From Campylobacterota bacterium (lineage in GTDB: Bacteria; Campylobacterota; Campylobacteria; Campylobacterales; Sulfurovaceae): a stretch of DNA of 34,705 bases. Below, piece after piece: positions 1 to 10,011 of the stretch (positions are counted from its first letter, which is position 1; every line of letters starts with the position of its first letter). The position numbers and the translations under genes are program-made. The notes beneath the pieces are model-generated. The model searched no databases and had not been told where the DNA came from. It worked only from the letters and a program-made list of their open reading frames with translations. The DNA lies in the NCBI GenBank assembly GCA_011330645.1, contig DRQB01000024.1:1-34705 (forward strand), read 5' to 3'.

Positions 1-1
1 A

Positions 2-124
2 AAAGAAATCAGTGAAGATGAGTCTAAAAAAGCACAAGAGCAGATTCAAAAACTTACCGATGAGCATGTCGCTAAAATAGATGAAGCTTTCAAGGTAAAA
101 GAAGCTGACATCCTCAAGGTATAA
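2..124 (+). CDS. frr: Ribosome recycling factor, 3' end only (partial)
   Basis: Frame from nt 2 reads [40 protein letters not shown], the typical RRF C-terminus; stop overlaps the pyrE start (TAATG). Confidence 0.9.
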   Translation, partial: KEISEDESKKAQEQIQKLTDEHVAKIDEAFKVKEADILKV

Positions 125-738
125 TGATGAATGTTGAACAGGTTTACAAAGATGCCAATGCTCTACTTGATGGGCACTTTCTTTTAGCTAGTGGCAATCA
201 CTCAAGTCGCTACCTACAAAGTGCTAAAGTAATGGAATACCCTAAAAAGGCTGCTTTACTTACGGATGCTCTAGCTAAAATGATACACGATGCTGGAATA
301 GATGTAGACTCTGTATGTGCCCCTGCACTTGGTGGAGTTTTAACAGGGTATGAACTTGCACGATCTTTAGATGTACGTTCTATCTTTGTAGAAAAAGATG
401 GTGAAGGCGGTATGGTGTTACGCCGTGGATTTGAAATAGAGCAAGGGGAAAAAGTGATTATCTGTGAAGATATTATTACTACCGGTGGCTCTGCACTTAA
501 AGCGGCTAAAGCTATAGAATCATTAGGTGGAGAAGTGGTTGCCTTTGCTTCTCTTGCCAACAGAGGATTTTGTAAACGAGTCAATGGAAATGACACCGCA
601 AAAGCAGAATGTGCATTACCAGAAGGAATACCTCTTTTTGCACTTGATGACTTTACTTTTGAGATGTATGCCCCAGAAGATTGTCCTCTTTGCAAAGAAG
701 GAAAATCTGACGCAATCAAACCAGGAAGTAAAAGCTAA
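124..738 (+). CDS. pyrE: Orotate phosphoribosyltransferase
   Basis: [17 protein letters not shown]-terminal motif and PRPP-binding [13 protein letters not shown] motif. Confidence 0.95.
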   Translation: MMNVEQVYKDANALLDGHFLLASGNHSSRYLQSAKVMEYPKKAALLTDALAKMIHDAGIDVDSVCAPALGGVLTGYELARSLDVRSIFVEKDGEGGMVLRRGFEIEQGEKVIICEDIITTGGSALKAAKAIESLGGEVVAFASLANRGFCKRVNGNDTAKAECALPEGIPLFALDDFTFEMYAPEDCPLCKEGKSDAIKPGSKS

Positions 739-751
739 ATACTTTTTCTTC

Positions 752-3085
752 CTATCTCACTCTCCAAACCACAGCACAGTGCTCAACATCTATATCGGTC
801 TTTCGTGGCTTCATTGTAAAACTTTCTATCTCACAGTTGTCTACATTATATTTGTCATTTAATGCATCAATACTGTCTTCAAGTTCATACTCTAAGGCTT
901 CTATATCTGATTGGATACCCACCATTCTCTCTTGAGCTCTAGACATGTCACCACGTTCTTTTAAGATATTGCTCCCTTTTTTAAAAGCACGCCCTATTTT
1001 CGTCGGACTGCTACGTCCAAAAAGTGCCCCTAGTACTGCAATACCCGTTTCTATCATAGAGGATGTCGAATCGGCTGCTTCTTTTTCTACACGCTCTTTA
1101 GCACGGGAAAGTCTAGCTAGTAAAGTTTTTTCTTTTTTCTCAAAGCGTGTTTGGAGTTTTTCTATCTCTATTTCTTTTTTATCGTTCAAAATGTCTTGAA
1201 TCCTTACCCTAAAATCTGATTCGGATTCATCTACTTTCGACTCAAGTTTTGGAGACTTACAACGTAATAACTCTAAGTTTTCTTCTCTGTAAAGTGACGC
1301 TTTAAGTTCTCGTATCGCTTTTTTAAGTCCTTTATCTTCCAAAACAACTTTAGGAAGTGCTTGAAATTTTGCTTTACTTGGTGCAGTCTGAGGATAGTTC
1401 TCAAAACTTTCTTCTTCTTTCCTGGACTCTTCCCAGTCAAGACTCTTCTGCTCGGCAGCCAAAGGTAAAGAAAGTACCAAGTCTCTCTCTACATCTATAC
1501 CTTTACGCTGATTGTAAAAATGTACTTTTGCTAGCGCACCTAATGTGGGTGCAAATTCATTTCTTTGACTTGCATCCAGTTCAAAATACTGGCTAATCGA
1601 GTCATCTATCTGCTGCAAGCTCTCTAGTTCACTCTTTTTTTGTATCATAGTATCAACAGTTTCTACTTCTATATTTTGTGCTTCTTTCTGCGCTTTCATT
1701 AACGTACTTATTTCATCACGTTTCAGTGGTCCCTTTAAGTAAGAGAGTACCCATCGTGTTGTAAAGAGTCTAATGTCTTCCAAATGTGCTGACTTGAGGA
1801 AAAAAGTTCTTTTTTTGAGATTTGCCAATAAGGTTTTTATCTCTTTTTTATCATAACTCGCACCTACTTTCCCCCCAAGCCCATCTATCACACGTTCGAT
1901 GTCTTGTGTGGTCTGTAACCTACCGATGAACCATGTTCCAATGTTAGAGAGCCCTTTATAGTCTAAATCTACAGGGTTTTGTGTACTCAGTACCACACCC
2001 ACACCAAATGCTCTAGCCTGCTTAAGAAGTAAAAGCATTGGCTCTTTACTTGGTGGATTTTTTGTCGGAGGGAAGAAGCCATAAATCTCATCCATATACA
2101 GAAGTGTTTTAAGTGCTGATGTACCAGATTGTCTACGCATCCATGCAATGTATTTGTTCAGCAAGAGGGTTACAAAGAACATACGTTCATCATCATTGAG
2201 ATGCGAAATAGAAAATATAGCTATCTTCGCTTTTCCCTTTTCATCATAAAGAAGTTTTTGAATATCTAAATTATCTCCCTGCATCCAAAGTGAAAAAGAG
2301 GGGCTGGCTAAAAGTGAGTTGAATTTCGTCGCTAACTTAAAACGTGCATCTTGTGGATAAAATGCATCTAAAGGTAATACCCCTATCTTGCTAAAGCTAG
2401 GCTTTATGATTTTCCCTATGAGGCTCTCGATACTCATATCTTCATTCTTAATCCATGATTTGGTAATAATTTGTGCTAAGAGAATGTACTCTTTTGACTC
2501 AAGTGGATCGGCAACAATCCCCACCAATGAAAGCAATGAAACGGTTGTACTTTTCAAATAAGACGTAAAGGTATCACTGTCTTCCATGACTTCAGACGGA
2601 GGCGTATCTAAAGAAGACATCACGTTAATGGCAACCCCCGCAGAAGAGCCTGGCGTATAAATCGTTTTTTTTACAGCTTGTAGTTTGGCTGCACGTTCTG
2701 TACTTTGTCCCCATGATTCTATACCCTCTTTCCACATGGTGGCAATTTTTCTGGCATAAGATTTGACATCTTTCTCTTTTGCTCTGGCTTCATCTTCAAC
2801 CCATGGTTCAAAAGACTGTGCATCATACTGGGCATCGACTAAACATAAATTACCCATATCCCCTTTAGGATCAATAATAATCGAAGGAATATTATCTATA
2901 GCCGCCTCTTCAATGATATCTACACCAAGACCTGTTTTACCAGAACCTGTCATCCCTATAATGGCTGCATGCGTAGTAAAATTTTTATTTTTGAGCAATG
3001 TCAATGCTTCTGTGGCTTCCTGTGTTTGCTTATCTACATCTTTACCCAGATAAAAAAGTCCTAGTTTTTCATATATTTCTTGCAT
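752..3085 (-). CDS. HerA/FtsK-superfamily (DUF87/DUF853-like) P-loop ATPase with C-terminal coiled coil
   Basis: HAAIIGMTGSGKT Walker A, IIIDPKGD, LLYMDEIYGF Walker B, QARAFGVGVVLSTQNPVDLD (Arg finger and TQ sensor); charged helical C-terminus; RBS GAAGGA upstream. Confidence 0.8.
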   Translation of the reverse strand: MQEIYEKLGLFYLGKDVDKQTQEATEALTLLKNKNFTTHAAIIGMTGSGKTGLGVDIIEEAAIDNIPSIIIDPKGDMGNLCLVDAQYDAQSFEPWVEDEARAKEKDVKSYARKIATMWKEGIESWGQSTERAAKLQAVKKTIYTPGSSAGVAINVMSSLDTPPSEVMEDSDTFTSYLKSTTVSLLSLVGIVADPLESKEYILLAQIITKSWIKNEDMSIESLIGKIIKPSFSKIGVLPLDAFYPQDARFKLATKFNSLLASPSFSLWMQGDNLDIQKLLYDEKGKAKIAIFSISHLNDDERMFFVTLLLNKYIAWMRRQSGTSALKTLLYMDEIYGFFPPTKNPPSKEPMLLLLKQARAFGVGVVLSTQNPVDLDYKGLSNIGTWFIGRLQTTQDIERVIDGLGGKVGASYDKKEIKTLLANLKKRTFFLKSAHLEDIRLFTTRWVLSYLKGPLKRDEISTLMKAQKEAQNIEVETVDTMIQKKSELESLQQIDDSISQYFELDASQRNEFAPTLGALAKVHFYNQRKGIDVERDLVLSLPLAAEQKSLDWEESRKEEESFENYPQTAPSKAKFQALPKVVLEDKGLKKAIRELKASLYREENLELLRCKSPKLESKVDESESDFRVRIQDILNDKKEIEIEKLQTRFEKKEKTLLARLSRAKERVEKEAADSTSSMIETGIAVLGALFGRSSPTKIGRAFKKGSNILKERGDMSRAQERMVGIQSDIEALEYELEDSIDALNDKYNVDNCEIESFTMKPRKTDIDVEHCAVVWRVR

Positions 3086-3104
3086 ATGTATCCTTCTGTC
3101 TTAT

Positions 3105-3860
3105 TTACTGTACTCCTACAGACTGTGGTTGACCAAGAGGTTGTGTATTATTTACCGGTGTGCTACCTGACTGTGTATTTACAGCATTGCCATTTGAAGT
3201 GTTTGTTCCGCCCTTTGGCTTCACATTCTTTTTAGGTGGAGGGACAATCGTGCCATTGGGTAATATTTTGGAGCCATCTTTAAATATTTGTGTCCCATCA
3301 GGAAGTATCTTTCTGCCATCACGCATAATCTGTGTCCCATCTGCTAAAACCCTCAAGACAGGATTTGTAATACCTTGTAGCATAAAACTGATAGGTTCTT
3401 CCCCTTGCTGACGTAAAAATACAAGGACTTTGTCCTTTTGCTGATAGACATCAAATAAATCAATGTCTGGCATCACTGAGTCTACTTCAACTCTATCTTC
3501 AGATTTCAGAGGTAACTTATACGTATTTCCCTCAATACGTACTAGGGTATTTTTGTTTTTCAACACAACCCAACATACTTTTGCTACAGGTAAATTATAG
3601 AGTGAATTTTTAGTCTCCTCTATGCAAAGTCTTGTAAACTCATCTTTTTTTATCTCTAACTTGCCATCAGAACTTAAAATATCTAAAAAAAGTACTTTAC
3701 TTGCTTGGGTGACTTGCTTTGAATTTTTCAAAGCTGTAAGGAGGTGTTCATTGGACTTTCGCATCATATCCACAACAGAAAAGAGTGGTACCAAAATAAT
3801 ACCAAGCAAAGCGATAGAAACAAGAACTTCTATAAGGGTAAATGCTCTACGCGTTTGCAT
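3105..3860 (-). CDS. gspJ: T2SS minor pseudopilin, GspJ-like, with repeat-containing C-terminal extension
   Basis: Class III signal RRA|FTLIEVLVSIALLGII; size and position after gspE. J assignment is by elimination and context. Confidence 0.7.
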   Translation of the reverse strand: MQTRRAFTLIEVLVSIALLGIILVPLFSVVDMMRKSNEHLLTALKNSKQVTQASKVLFLDILSSDGKLEIKKDEFTRLCIEETKNSLYNLPVAKVCWVVLKNKNTLVRIEGNTYKLPLKSEDRVEVDSVMPDIDLFDVYQQKDKVLVFLRQQGEEPISFMLQGITNPVLRVLADGTQIMRDGRKILPDGTQIFKDGSKILPNGTIVPPPKKNVKPKGGTNTSNGNAVNTQSGSTPVNNTQPLGQPQSVGVQ

Positions 3861-3864
3861 CTAA

Positions 3865-5376
3865 TTAGCCATCCATAAGACCAACACGGATTGCCTCTTC
3901 ATAACTTGTCGTTCCATCAAGAAGCATATCTCTCAGTTTATCCGCGATTGTTTTCATACCATGTGCTTTCATCGCTTCTCTGACCTGATGGTCATTAAAT
4001 CCATCTTTCATCATCTCTTTGACTTTGTCATCAATCACAAAAAGTTCTCCAATGGCTTGTCTTCCTTTATAGCCAGTAAAATCACACTCTTTACATCCTA
4101 CTGCCTTAAAGTAAATGCCATCACTAGGCACATCAATCTCCTCCATGGTTGCAGAGGCAAGTTTTGTTTCTTCTTTACAATGTGTACATAACTTTCTAGT
4201 CAAACGTTGTGCGAGTACTCCCAAAAGGGTAGAAGAAATAAGGAAATTTTCTATCCCCATATCCATCAGACGGCTGAGCGAGGATGTTGCATCGTTGGTG
4301 TGTAGTGTGGAAAGTAAAAGGTGCCCTGTTAGGGCAGAACGTAATGCAATATCTGCTGTTTCGGAATCACGAATCTCCCCAACCATAATAATATCAGGGT
4401 CTTGTCTGAGGATAGAACGCAGTCCTGCTGCAAATGTGAGTCCTACTTTTGTATTGACTTGTATTTGTGAAATATTATCGGCATTGTACTCCACTGGATC
4501 TTCTACTGTGATAATATTTTTATCCGGTGTGGCAATGTGCTGCATACAGGCATGTAAGGTAGTAGACTTACCAGACCCTGTAGGGCCAGTAACTAGTATC
4601 ATCCCATGTGCATGGTTAAGAAGTTTGTAGAGGTCTTTGGTAATATCATCTGCAAAACCAAGCGACTCAAGTGTAGGAATGTGTTCACTCTGTGAAAGGA
4701 TACGCATGACCACTCTCTCTCCATGGTAAGTAGGTAAGATAGAAACCCTCACATCAATGCTCTTTCCCGAAATACTTAACTGTGTTCGTCCATCTTGTGG
4801 CACTCTTTTTTCAGAAATATCAAGATTTGAGATGACTTTAATACGGTTAATGACCAAATTAACAATGGTTTTATCTAAATCTAAATGCTTTTTCAGTGCA
4901 CCATCCATACGCAAGCGTACTTCACCTTTACGTTCACCACTCTCTATGTGAATATCACTTGCCCCTTTTTGTAAAGCTTGGAAGAAAAGAGAATTGACCA
5001 ATTTGATAATAGGCGCTGATTCTTCAGATGAGAGCAAGTCTTGTGAATTACGGATAAACTCAAGTAAATCAGACTCTACTTCGATCAGTTCATCTGAAGT
5101 GGTTCCCATATCTTCAAAATCAGAACCTGTTTGGATTTCTAAAAATTTATTTTTGAGGCGTTCAAAACTCTCTGCATCCACAATACTGATAGGATATTCT
5201 AAAGAGAGTTTTGAAAAATAGTTCAGCGCATCACCAAGGGTTGCTTCTTCAACAATGGCTGTTTTGACACCATCTAGTTCAGAGAAGAGAAGCGCATGCT
5301 TAATCGCCAATTTGTGATTAAGCTCATCTTCCCATAAAGGTTCTAAATTAACATCTTGAAGACGAGGGAAAACCAT
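3865..5376 (-). CDS. gspE: T2SS assembly ATPase GspE
   Basis: ASDIHIE, LDISEKRVPQDGR, GPTGSGKS, TVEDPVEY, LRQDPDIIMVGEIRD, TGHLLLSTLHTN, CxxC...CxxC zinc motif. Confidence 0.95.
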   Translation of the reverse strand: MVFPRLQDVNLEPLWEDELNHKLAIKHALLFSELDGVKTAIVEEATLGDALNYFSKLSLEYPISIVDAESFERLKNKFLEIQTGSDFEDMGTTSDELIEVESDLLEFIRNSQDLLSSEESAPIIKLVNSLFFQALQKGASDIHIESGERKGEVRLRMDGALKKHLDLDKTIVNLVINRIKVISNLDISEKRVPQDGRTQLSISGKSIDVRVSILPTYHGERVVMRILSQSEHIPTLESLGFADDITKDLYKLLNHAHGMILVTGPTGSGKSTTLHACMQHIATPDKNIITVEDPVEYNADNISQIQVNTKVGLTFAAGLRSILRQDPDIIMVGEIRDSETADIALRSALTGHLLLSTLHTNDATSSLSRLMDMGIENFLISSTLLGVLAQRLTRKLCTHCKEETKLASATMEEIDVPSDGIYFKAVGCKECDFTGYKGRQAIGELFVIDDKVKEMMKDGFNDHQVREAMKAHGMKTIADKLRDMLLDGTTSYEEAIRVGLMDG

Positions 5377-5379
5377 CCT

Positions 5380-7374
5380 CTACTCCTCATTCCATACATC
5401 TGTATGCATATGCTTTGGCATACGTTTTCGACGTATTCTTTCACTCGCAGGTACAGTACTCTTTGTCCCTACATCTTTTGTACCAGATGCTTGTTCTAAT
5501 CCTCTTCGTACAAAAGTATTGTATCGTGTTTGGATGTCTTCGAGTTCCACCAAAGCAGAACGTAAACGCTGTAAGTCTCCACTTTTTCGTACAATGTAAG
5601 GTGTAAGATAGATGACCACGTTGATCTGCGTATCCACGTCAGCATCAGAACGGAACAGTTTACCTAAAACAGGTATTTCTCCCAGTACAGGTACCTTAGT
5701 AGAGTTTTTACCTCCCGCACTTTTCATCAATCCACCCAATATAATCGTTTCACCATTATTCACGATGGCATTGGTTGTGACTTTACGCTTCGTTGTTGTT
5801 GGTCTATCAGCTGAAGCACTTGAACCAGGAAGGATATCTTCTATCTCTGCTTCTACTTCTAACGTTACTTTGTTGTTACTTGAAAGTCTTGGTTTTACTT
5901 TTAGCGTAATCCCTATGTCTTCTCTAGAGTAGTTGTTAATGATATTGCCTTGTCCTTGTGTAGACTGCTGTGCTTGGGTCAAGATGGACTGTGTTTGTCC
6001 CACCTGAATCGTCGCTTCTTTATTGTTGGTACAAAGCACAGAAGGTTCAGACAAGACATGTGCAGCTCCACCTTGTTTAAGGAGGTCAAACTTAGCACCC
6101 AAAGCAAATACTTGGCTAATGCCATTGTCAAATTGGAAAGGACGCTCATTGGTTGTAATAGTACTACCATTTTGTAAGACCTGTGTTGATGTATTATTTA
6201 AAAATCCTAACAAATTTTGTGAGATATTCAGGGAAGATGCTCCTAAGTTTGCTGCCGCAGAGAAAAGCCCTCGGGAAGTAATCTTCCCACCTTCAAATCC
6301 ATACTTTACACCTATTTGTGCTGCTCTATCTGTATTAATCTCCACAATACGTGCTTTCACATAGACTTGTGCCTGAGGCACATCTATTTTTTTTACCGTT
6401 GCTCGTATATTTTTTATCTGTTCACCTGTAGCAAGGATGATGAGAGAATTTCTCTCTACATCAGAGACAACCATCGCTTTTGAAGGAGGTTTGCCTCCTT
6501 TTCGTGGTTGTTTTACTGCCACAGAATTCATTTGGGAAACCAATTTGGAAAGAATTTTTTCCATCTCTTCCACATTTGAATTTTGTAGCTTAATCACATA
6601 CATTTTTTGTGTTTGGTCTTCACCTTTTAAATCAAGCTGTTTAATATAACGTATCATGCGATTATTATTTTCTGCTTTTCCTACCAAAATAATAGAATTG
6701 GTTGCTTCATCTTTAAAGACATCTACTTTTTCACTCTCTATGGTTTGAGGAAAAAGTTTTTTAGACATACTTTGTGCATTGGTAAATACATCTTTCACGG
6801 TAGAGTTTTGTAAATGTACAATGGTTGATTTTTTATCACCCCTTGATTCCACTGCTTTGATAATTTTGGCAATGGCACGAAGTGTTCTTGGATTTGCCGT
6901 AATGGCGAGTACATTGTTTTCTTTAAACGATATAACTTTCGCATTTTTATGCAACAATGGTTTTATTTTGGCACGCATCACGGCGGCATTGGAAGTTTTG
7001 AGTGGGAACATGACTGTTTTCATCGTGTCACCATCTATGGTACTCCCGACATCAAGTCCTTCCCCTGCAGCATTTGCAGCTTTCACTACTTTATAGTATT
7101 CTCCTTGATCAATCAAGGCCAATCCCTTACCACCTAAAATCGAGTTTGCCAAAGAGAGCAGTGAACTTTTTTTGATAGGTGTGGCAGAAACAAAATTGAT
7201 CTTACCCTTGATATCACTCTCTATCAAAATGTTTTTATGTGTAATCTTAGAAACCATTTTTATAAAATCTTTCACAGAAAGATTTCTAAAATTCACATCA
7301 ATCTTCTCTTCTTCTGCATGTAGCCCTATGGACAATATAAGCAATGCGCTCAATAGTATTTTAGTTAATTTCAT
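5380..7374 (-). CDS. gspD: T2SS secretin GspD
   Basis: Sec signal peptide, N0-N3 domains, IDVPQAQVYVKARIVE, GETIILGGL, KVPVLGEIPVLGKLF, IYLTPYIV secretin motifs. Confidence 0.95.
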   Translation of the reverse strand: MKLTKILLSALLILSIGLHAEEEKIDVNFRNLSVKDFIKMVSKITHKNILIESDIKGKINFVSATPIKKSSLLSLANSILGGKGLALIDQGEYYKVVKAANAAGEGLDVGSTIDGDTMKTVMFPLKTSNAAVMRAKIKPLLHKNAKVISFKENNVLAITANPRTLRAIAKIIKAVESRGDKKSTIVHLQNSTVKDVFTNAQSMSKKLFPQTIESEKVDVFKDEATNSIILVGKAENNNRMIRYIKQLDLKGEDQTQKMYVIKLQNSNVEEMEKILSKLVSQMNSVAVKQPRKGGKPPSKAMVVSDVERNSLIILATGEQIKNIRATVKKIDVPQAQVYVKARIVEINTDRAAQIGVKYGFEGGKITSRGLFSAAANLGASSLNISQNLLGFLNNTSTQVLQNGSTITTNERPFQFDNGISQVFALGAKFDLLKQGGAAHVLSEPSVLCTNNKEATIQVGQTQSILTQAQQSTQGQGNIINNYSREDIGITLKVKPRLSSNNKVTLEVEAEIEDILPGSSASADRPTTTKRKVTTNAIVNNGETIILGGLMKSAGGKNSTKVPVLGEIPVLGKLFRSDADVDTQINVVIYLTPYIVRKSGDLQRLRSALVELEDIQTRYNTFVRRGLEQASGTKDVGTKSTVPASERIRRKRMPKHMHTDVWNEE

Positions 7375-8200
7375 ATTCTAACTCCATTTCTTCTTTACCT
7401 CTTTGAATCACCAAGGTGAGGTTATCAATATCTTGAATGTTTTTATACACACCGAAAGCTGCATTATAGCTATTTATCTCTTGCCCGTTGATGGATTTAA
7501 TCACATCATCTCTTCGTATGCCAAGTTTAGCAAAAGGAGAATCTTTACGCACAAAAGTAATGCGGAATCCAGCCAAATCTTTACCTTTTCTTACTTCCCC
7601 TATGCCTATGTTTTTATAGATGTCATCCATATTTTTTGCATAATGGTCAAGGAGAGAACGGTCGATGATTTTATGATCCCCAGCATCTGCCACATCACCC
7701 TTTGGTGCAGCACTTTTCGATTTTGGCCCTGTTGTACTTATTGTTTTCACTGCGCTTATTCCTGATGATTTTTCTTTCACCAAATATACTTTATATGTTT
7801 TAGATTGTTTCGAAAAGGTTGCAAAATTATTGCCTGCACCCTCAAGCACAAAACCATTGATATTTTCACCTCGTGACAGTACCTTTGTCTTAGACTTATA
7901 TGCGGCGGTCACCACAGTGGCATCTGATGCATTGTAAATGGCTAAAAGTTTGATTTCCTTGATACTTCCAGCTTGTTTTACTGGTCTTTTCACGGTGTTT
8001 GTCACAGGTGCCGCTGCTTGGTTTGGCGTAAGTTTCACTCTATAGTAGAGTGCCTTACTTCCTTTTCGGGCAGCTTGGTCTACACCTGTTGTCGGAAGCC
8101 AAAGTACCTCAACCACAAACCACAATATTTTGATAAGAAGAAAAAGAACCAACACTCCAAAGATACCTTTAAATACTTCTGGCTTAAAAAGATGTTTCAT
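7361..8200 (-). CDS. gspC: T2SS GspC-like protein with C-terminal PDZ domain
   Basis: Single N-terminal TM, HR-like region, PDZ (SPFAKLGIRRDDVIKSING...LVIQRG); start placed at ATG 8200 behind AAAGGA; directly upstream of gspD. Confidence 0.85.
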   Translation of the reverse strand: MKHLFKPEVFKGIFGVLVLFLLIKILWFVVEVLWLPTTGVDQAARKGSKALYYRVKLTPNQAAAPVTNTVKRPVKQAGSIKEIKLLAIYNASDATVVTAAYKSKTKVLSRGENINGFVLEGAGNNFATFSKQSKTYKVYLVKEKSSGISAVKTISTTGPKSKSAAPKGDVADAGDHKIIDRSLLDHYAKNMDDIYKNIGIGEVRKGKDLAGFRITFVRKDSPFAKLGIRRDDVIKSINGQEINSYNAAFGVYKNIQDIDNLTLVIQRGKEEMELEYEIN

Positions 8201-8693
8201 AGTACCATCCTTTCTCGTCTTGCTTAAGTTTAGGAGTAAGCATCTCGATACCTTTGCTTTCATTAAAGTCTACGCGCAATGTTTTATCGGCTAGGTTGAC
8301 TCCCCCGTTTAACCCACCAAAAGAACCGGTTGCTTCTACATCAATATAGAGTGGATTCCAAAGTGCATACGTCACAGTTGCATCTTTTGTGTGAGTGGGT
8401 GCTATGTTTTTCAACGAATCATCCAAGGTAAGATTCTCAACTGTGACTTTGGTATAAAACAAGACTGTGAAAAAATGTACCTTTTCCACATTTGCGAGCT
8501 TAATCCCTTTGGCATAAACATCTGCTTGATTGATAGTGAAAGAAAAAATGCCTTCATCCATACTTTTTTCATTGATTTTGATAGCATTTTTAGCAAGTTC
8601 TTCTTCTAGTTTATAGTAAAGTTCCTGCTTGGGCATCCATAACAGTAGCGCAAACCAAATCACCGCCAAGGTGATGAAAATCTTTTTTACCAT
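8184..8693 (-). CDS. GspN-like T2SS accessory protein
   Basis: N-terminal TM ending in LWMP, beta-rich periplasmic part, position between M-like and C genes; start likely 8693. Confidence 0.55.
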   Translation of the reverse strand: MVKKIFITLAVIWFALLLWMPKQELYYKLEEELAKNAIKINEKSMDEGIFSFTINQADVYAKGIKLANVEKVHFFTVLFYTKVTVENLTLDDSLKNIAPTHTKDATVTYALWNPLYIDVEATGSFGGLNGGVNLADKTLRVDFNESKGIEMLTPKLKQDEKGWYYETSF

Positions 8694-9088
8694 TTGCATT
8701 TGAACTCCACATTATAGTTTGCGCCTATTTTTTGTATGTCTAACAGACGTATTTGCACAGGCAGATTTAAAATCTTAGTTGTGAGCTTGTTGAGTTCATT
8801 GGCACTGAGTCCTGTGTAGCTTGCTGTGAGTTTTTTGCCCTTTTTGCTCCACTTCACCTTCGAAGCAGAGATGAGTGTTTGCAGTGCAGCAAGTTTTTTA
8901 CCTGTCTTTTTATTGGCCCATACTTTTTTAAGGGCTATCACTTCTTTCAGTTCACCTAATGCCGTTTGTGTTTTTTGTATGGCTTGTGCTTGAGAAGTAA
9001 CTTGTGTATGTTTATAGGCATATGCGCCCAACATTATGACAAATGCGACCAATACGATGAGTTCATTTTGATACTGTTTCCAACTCAT
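8687..9088 (-). CDS. GspM-like inner-membrane platform protein
   Basis: Bitopic (TM, coiled coil, small alpha/beta domain); directly follows the GspL-like gene with overlap. Confidence 0.6.
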   Translation of the reverse strand: MSWKQYQNELIVLVAFVIMLGAYAYKHTQVTSQAQAIQKTQTALGELKEVIALKKVWANKKTGKKLAALQTLISASKVKWSKKGKKLTASYTGLSANELNKLTTKILNLPVQIRLLDIQKIGANYNVEFKCKW

Positions 9089-10011
9089 AGTGTCCCCTCT
9101 ATGCGCAAGTCTGTACTGCCTTTGACTTTTGCTGTATTGTAATGCGCTTTTTTAGCAAGTGCTTTAACCCGTTTGGCAACCTCTGTATTGGCACAAGAAA
9201 ATTGTGCTTGAAAGCCTTTTTCATTGACCTGTAATGCAGTGAGTGTTACTCCCTTAAAAATCATGCCAGCAAATGCTTTGATGGCATCCCTTTTTTTGCG
9301 TTCTTTTGTATCTACATTACGGTACTTGTCTACAATGCCCTGACGGGCATAGCTACTTTGTAACGCAGGGTAAGAAGTATATAAACTTTCTAATTCTTCC
9401 AAAGCAGATTCATTTTCTCCTCCATCACGAGAACCTTCCACCAAAAACATCCCAGCAAAAAGAACAAAAACTGCTGCAAGAGAAAGTGCTTGTTTTTGTG
9501 TGATAATGGAACGTGACCCTCCTTGGAGTGAGACACCTCCTTTAGGAGTAAAACTACTGTCAAAGGCTAAAGTTGGTTTTTCTTCACTTCCTAATGCCAT
9601 ACGAGGTACAAGTACTACCGTATCGTCTAGCACAACCAATGCTTCTTTTTCATTGAGTGCAAGGGGTGCAGTAAACGCATGCACGGCTTGCTGAGCAAAA
9701 AAGACTTTAGAAACCTTGTCTGCTGTTAAACCTTTACTCTCTAAAAATGCCGTAATACGCTCTAAATCATAAGCAATAAATACCCATGTCTCTTCCTCTT
9801 TCATCACCATATACTGATAGTGACCACCCTCTTCAAGAAGCCCATCAAAAAGTGAAGGCGCTATCTTTTTGGCTTGATATGCATACTTCACAGGGAGTGA
9901 CTCTTTTTTAAGTGTATAAAATTGTGGTGTCAATAACACATTGACACTTTCATCTAAACTTACACTTTCCATAGAGGTATGTACAAGAAGTAACTTTTTA
10001 TCTTTTCCCAT
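9085..10011 (-). CDS. GspL/PilN-like inner-membrane platform protein
   Basis: Cytoplasmic N-domain, central TM (ALSLAAVFVLFAGMFLV), C-terminal coiled coil plus VTLTALQV ferredoxin-like segment; sits between K-like and M-like genes. Confidence 0.6.
   Translation of the reverse strand: MGKDKKLLLVHTSMESVSLDESVNVLLTPQFYTLKKESLPVKYAYQAKKIAPSLFDGLLEEGGHYQYMVMKEEETWVFIAYDLERITAFLESKGLTADKVSKVFFAQQAVHAFTAPLALNEKEALVVLDDTVVLVPRMALGSEEKPTLAFDSSFTPKGGVSLQGGSRSIITQKQALSLAAVFVLFAGMFLVEGSRDGGENESALEELESLYTSYPALQSSYARQGIVDKYRNVDTKERKKRDAIKAFAGMIFKGVTLTALQVNEKGFQAQFSCANTEVAKRVKALAKKAHYNTAKVKGSTDLRIEGTL

Noticed and set aside
752-3085. HerA-like ATPase as an anti-phage (Sir2-HerA type) or conjugation protein
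   Set aside because: No partner nuclease, Sir2, relaxase or T4SS gene is adjacent; the flanks are pyrE and gsp genes.
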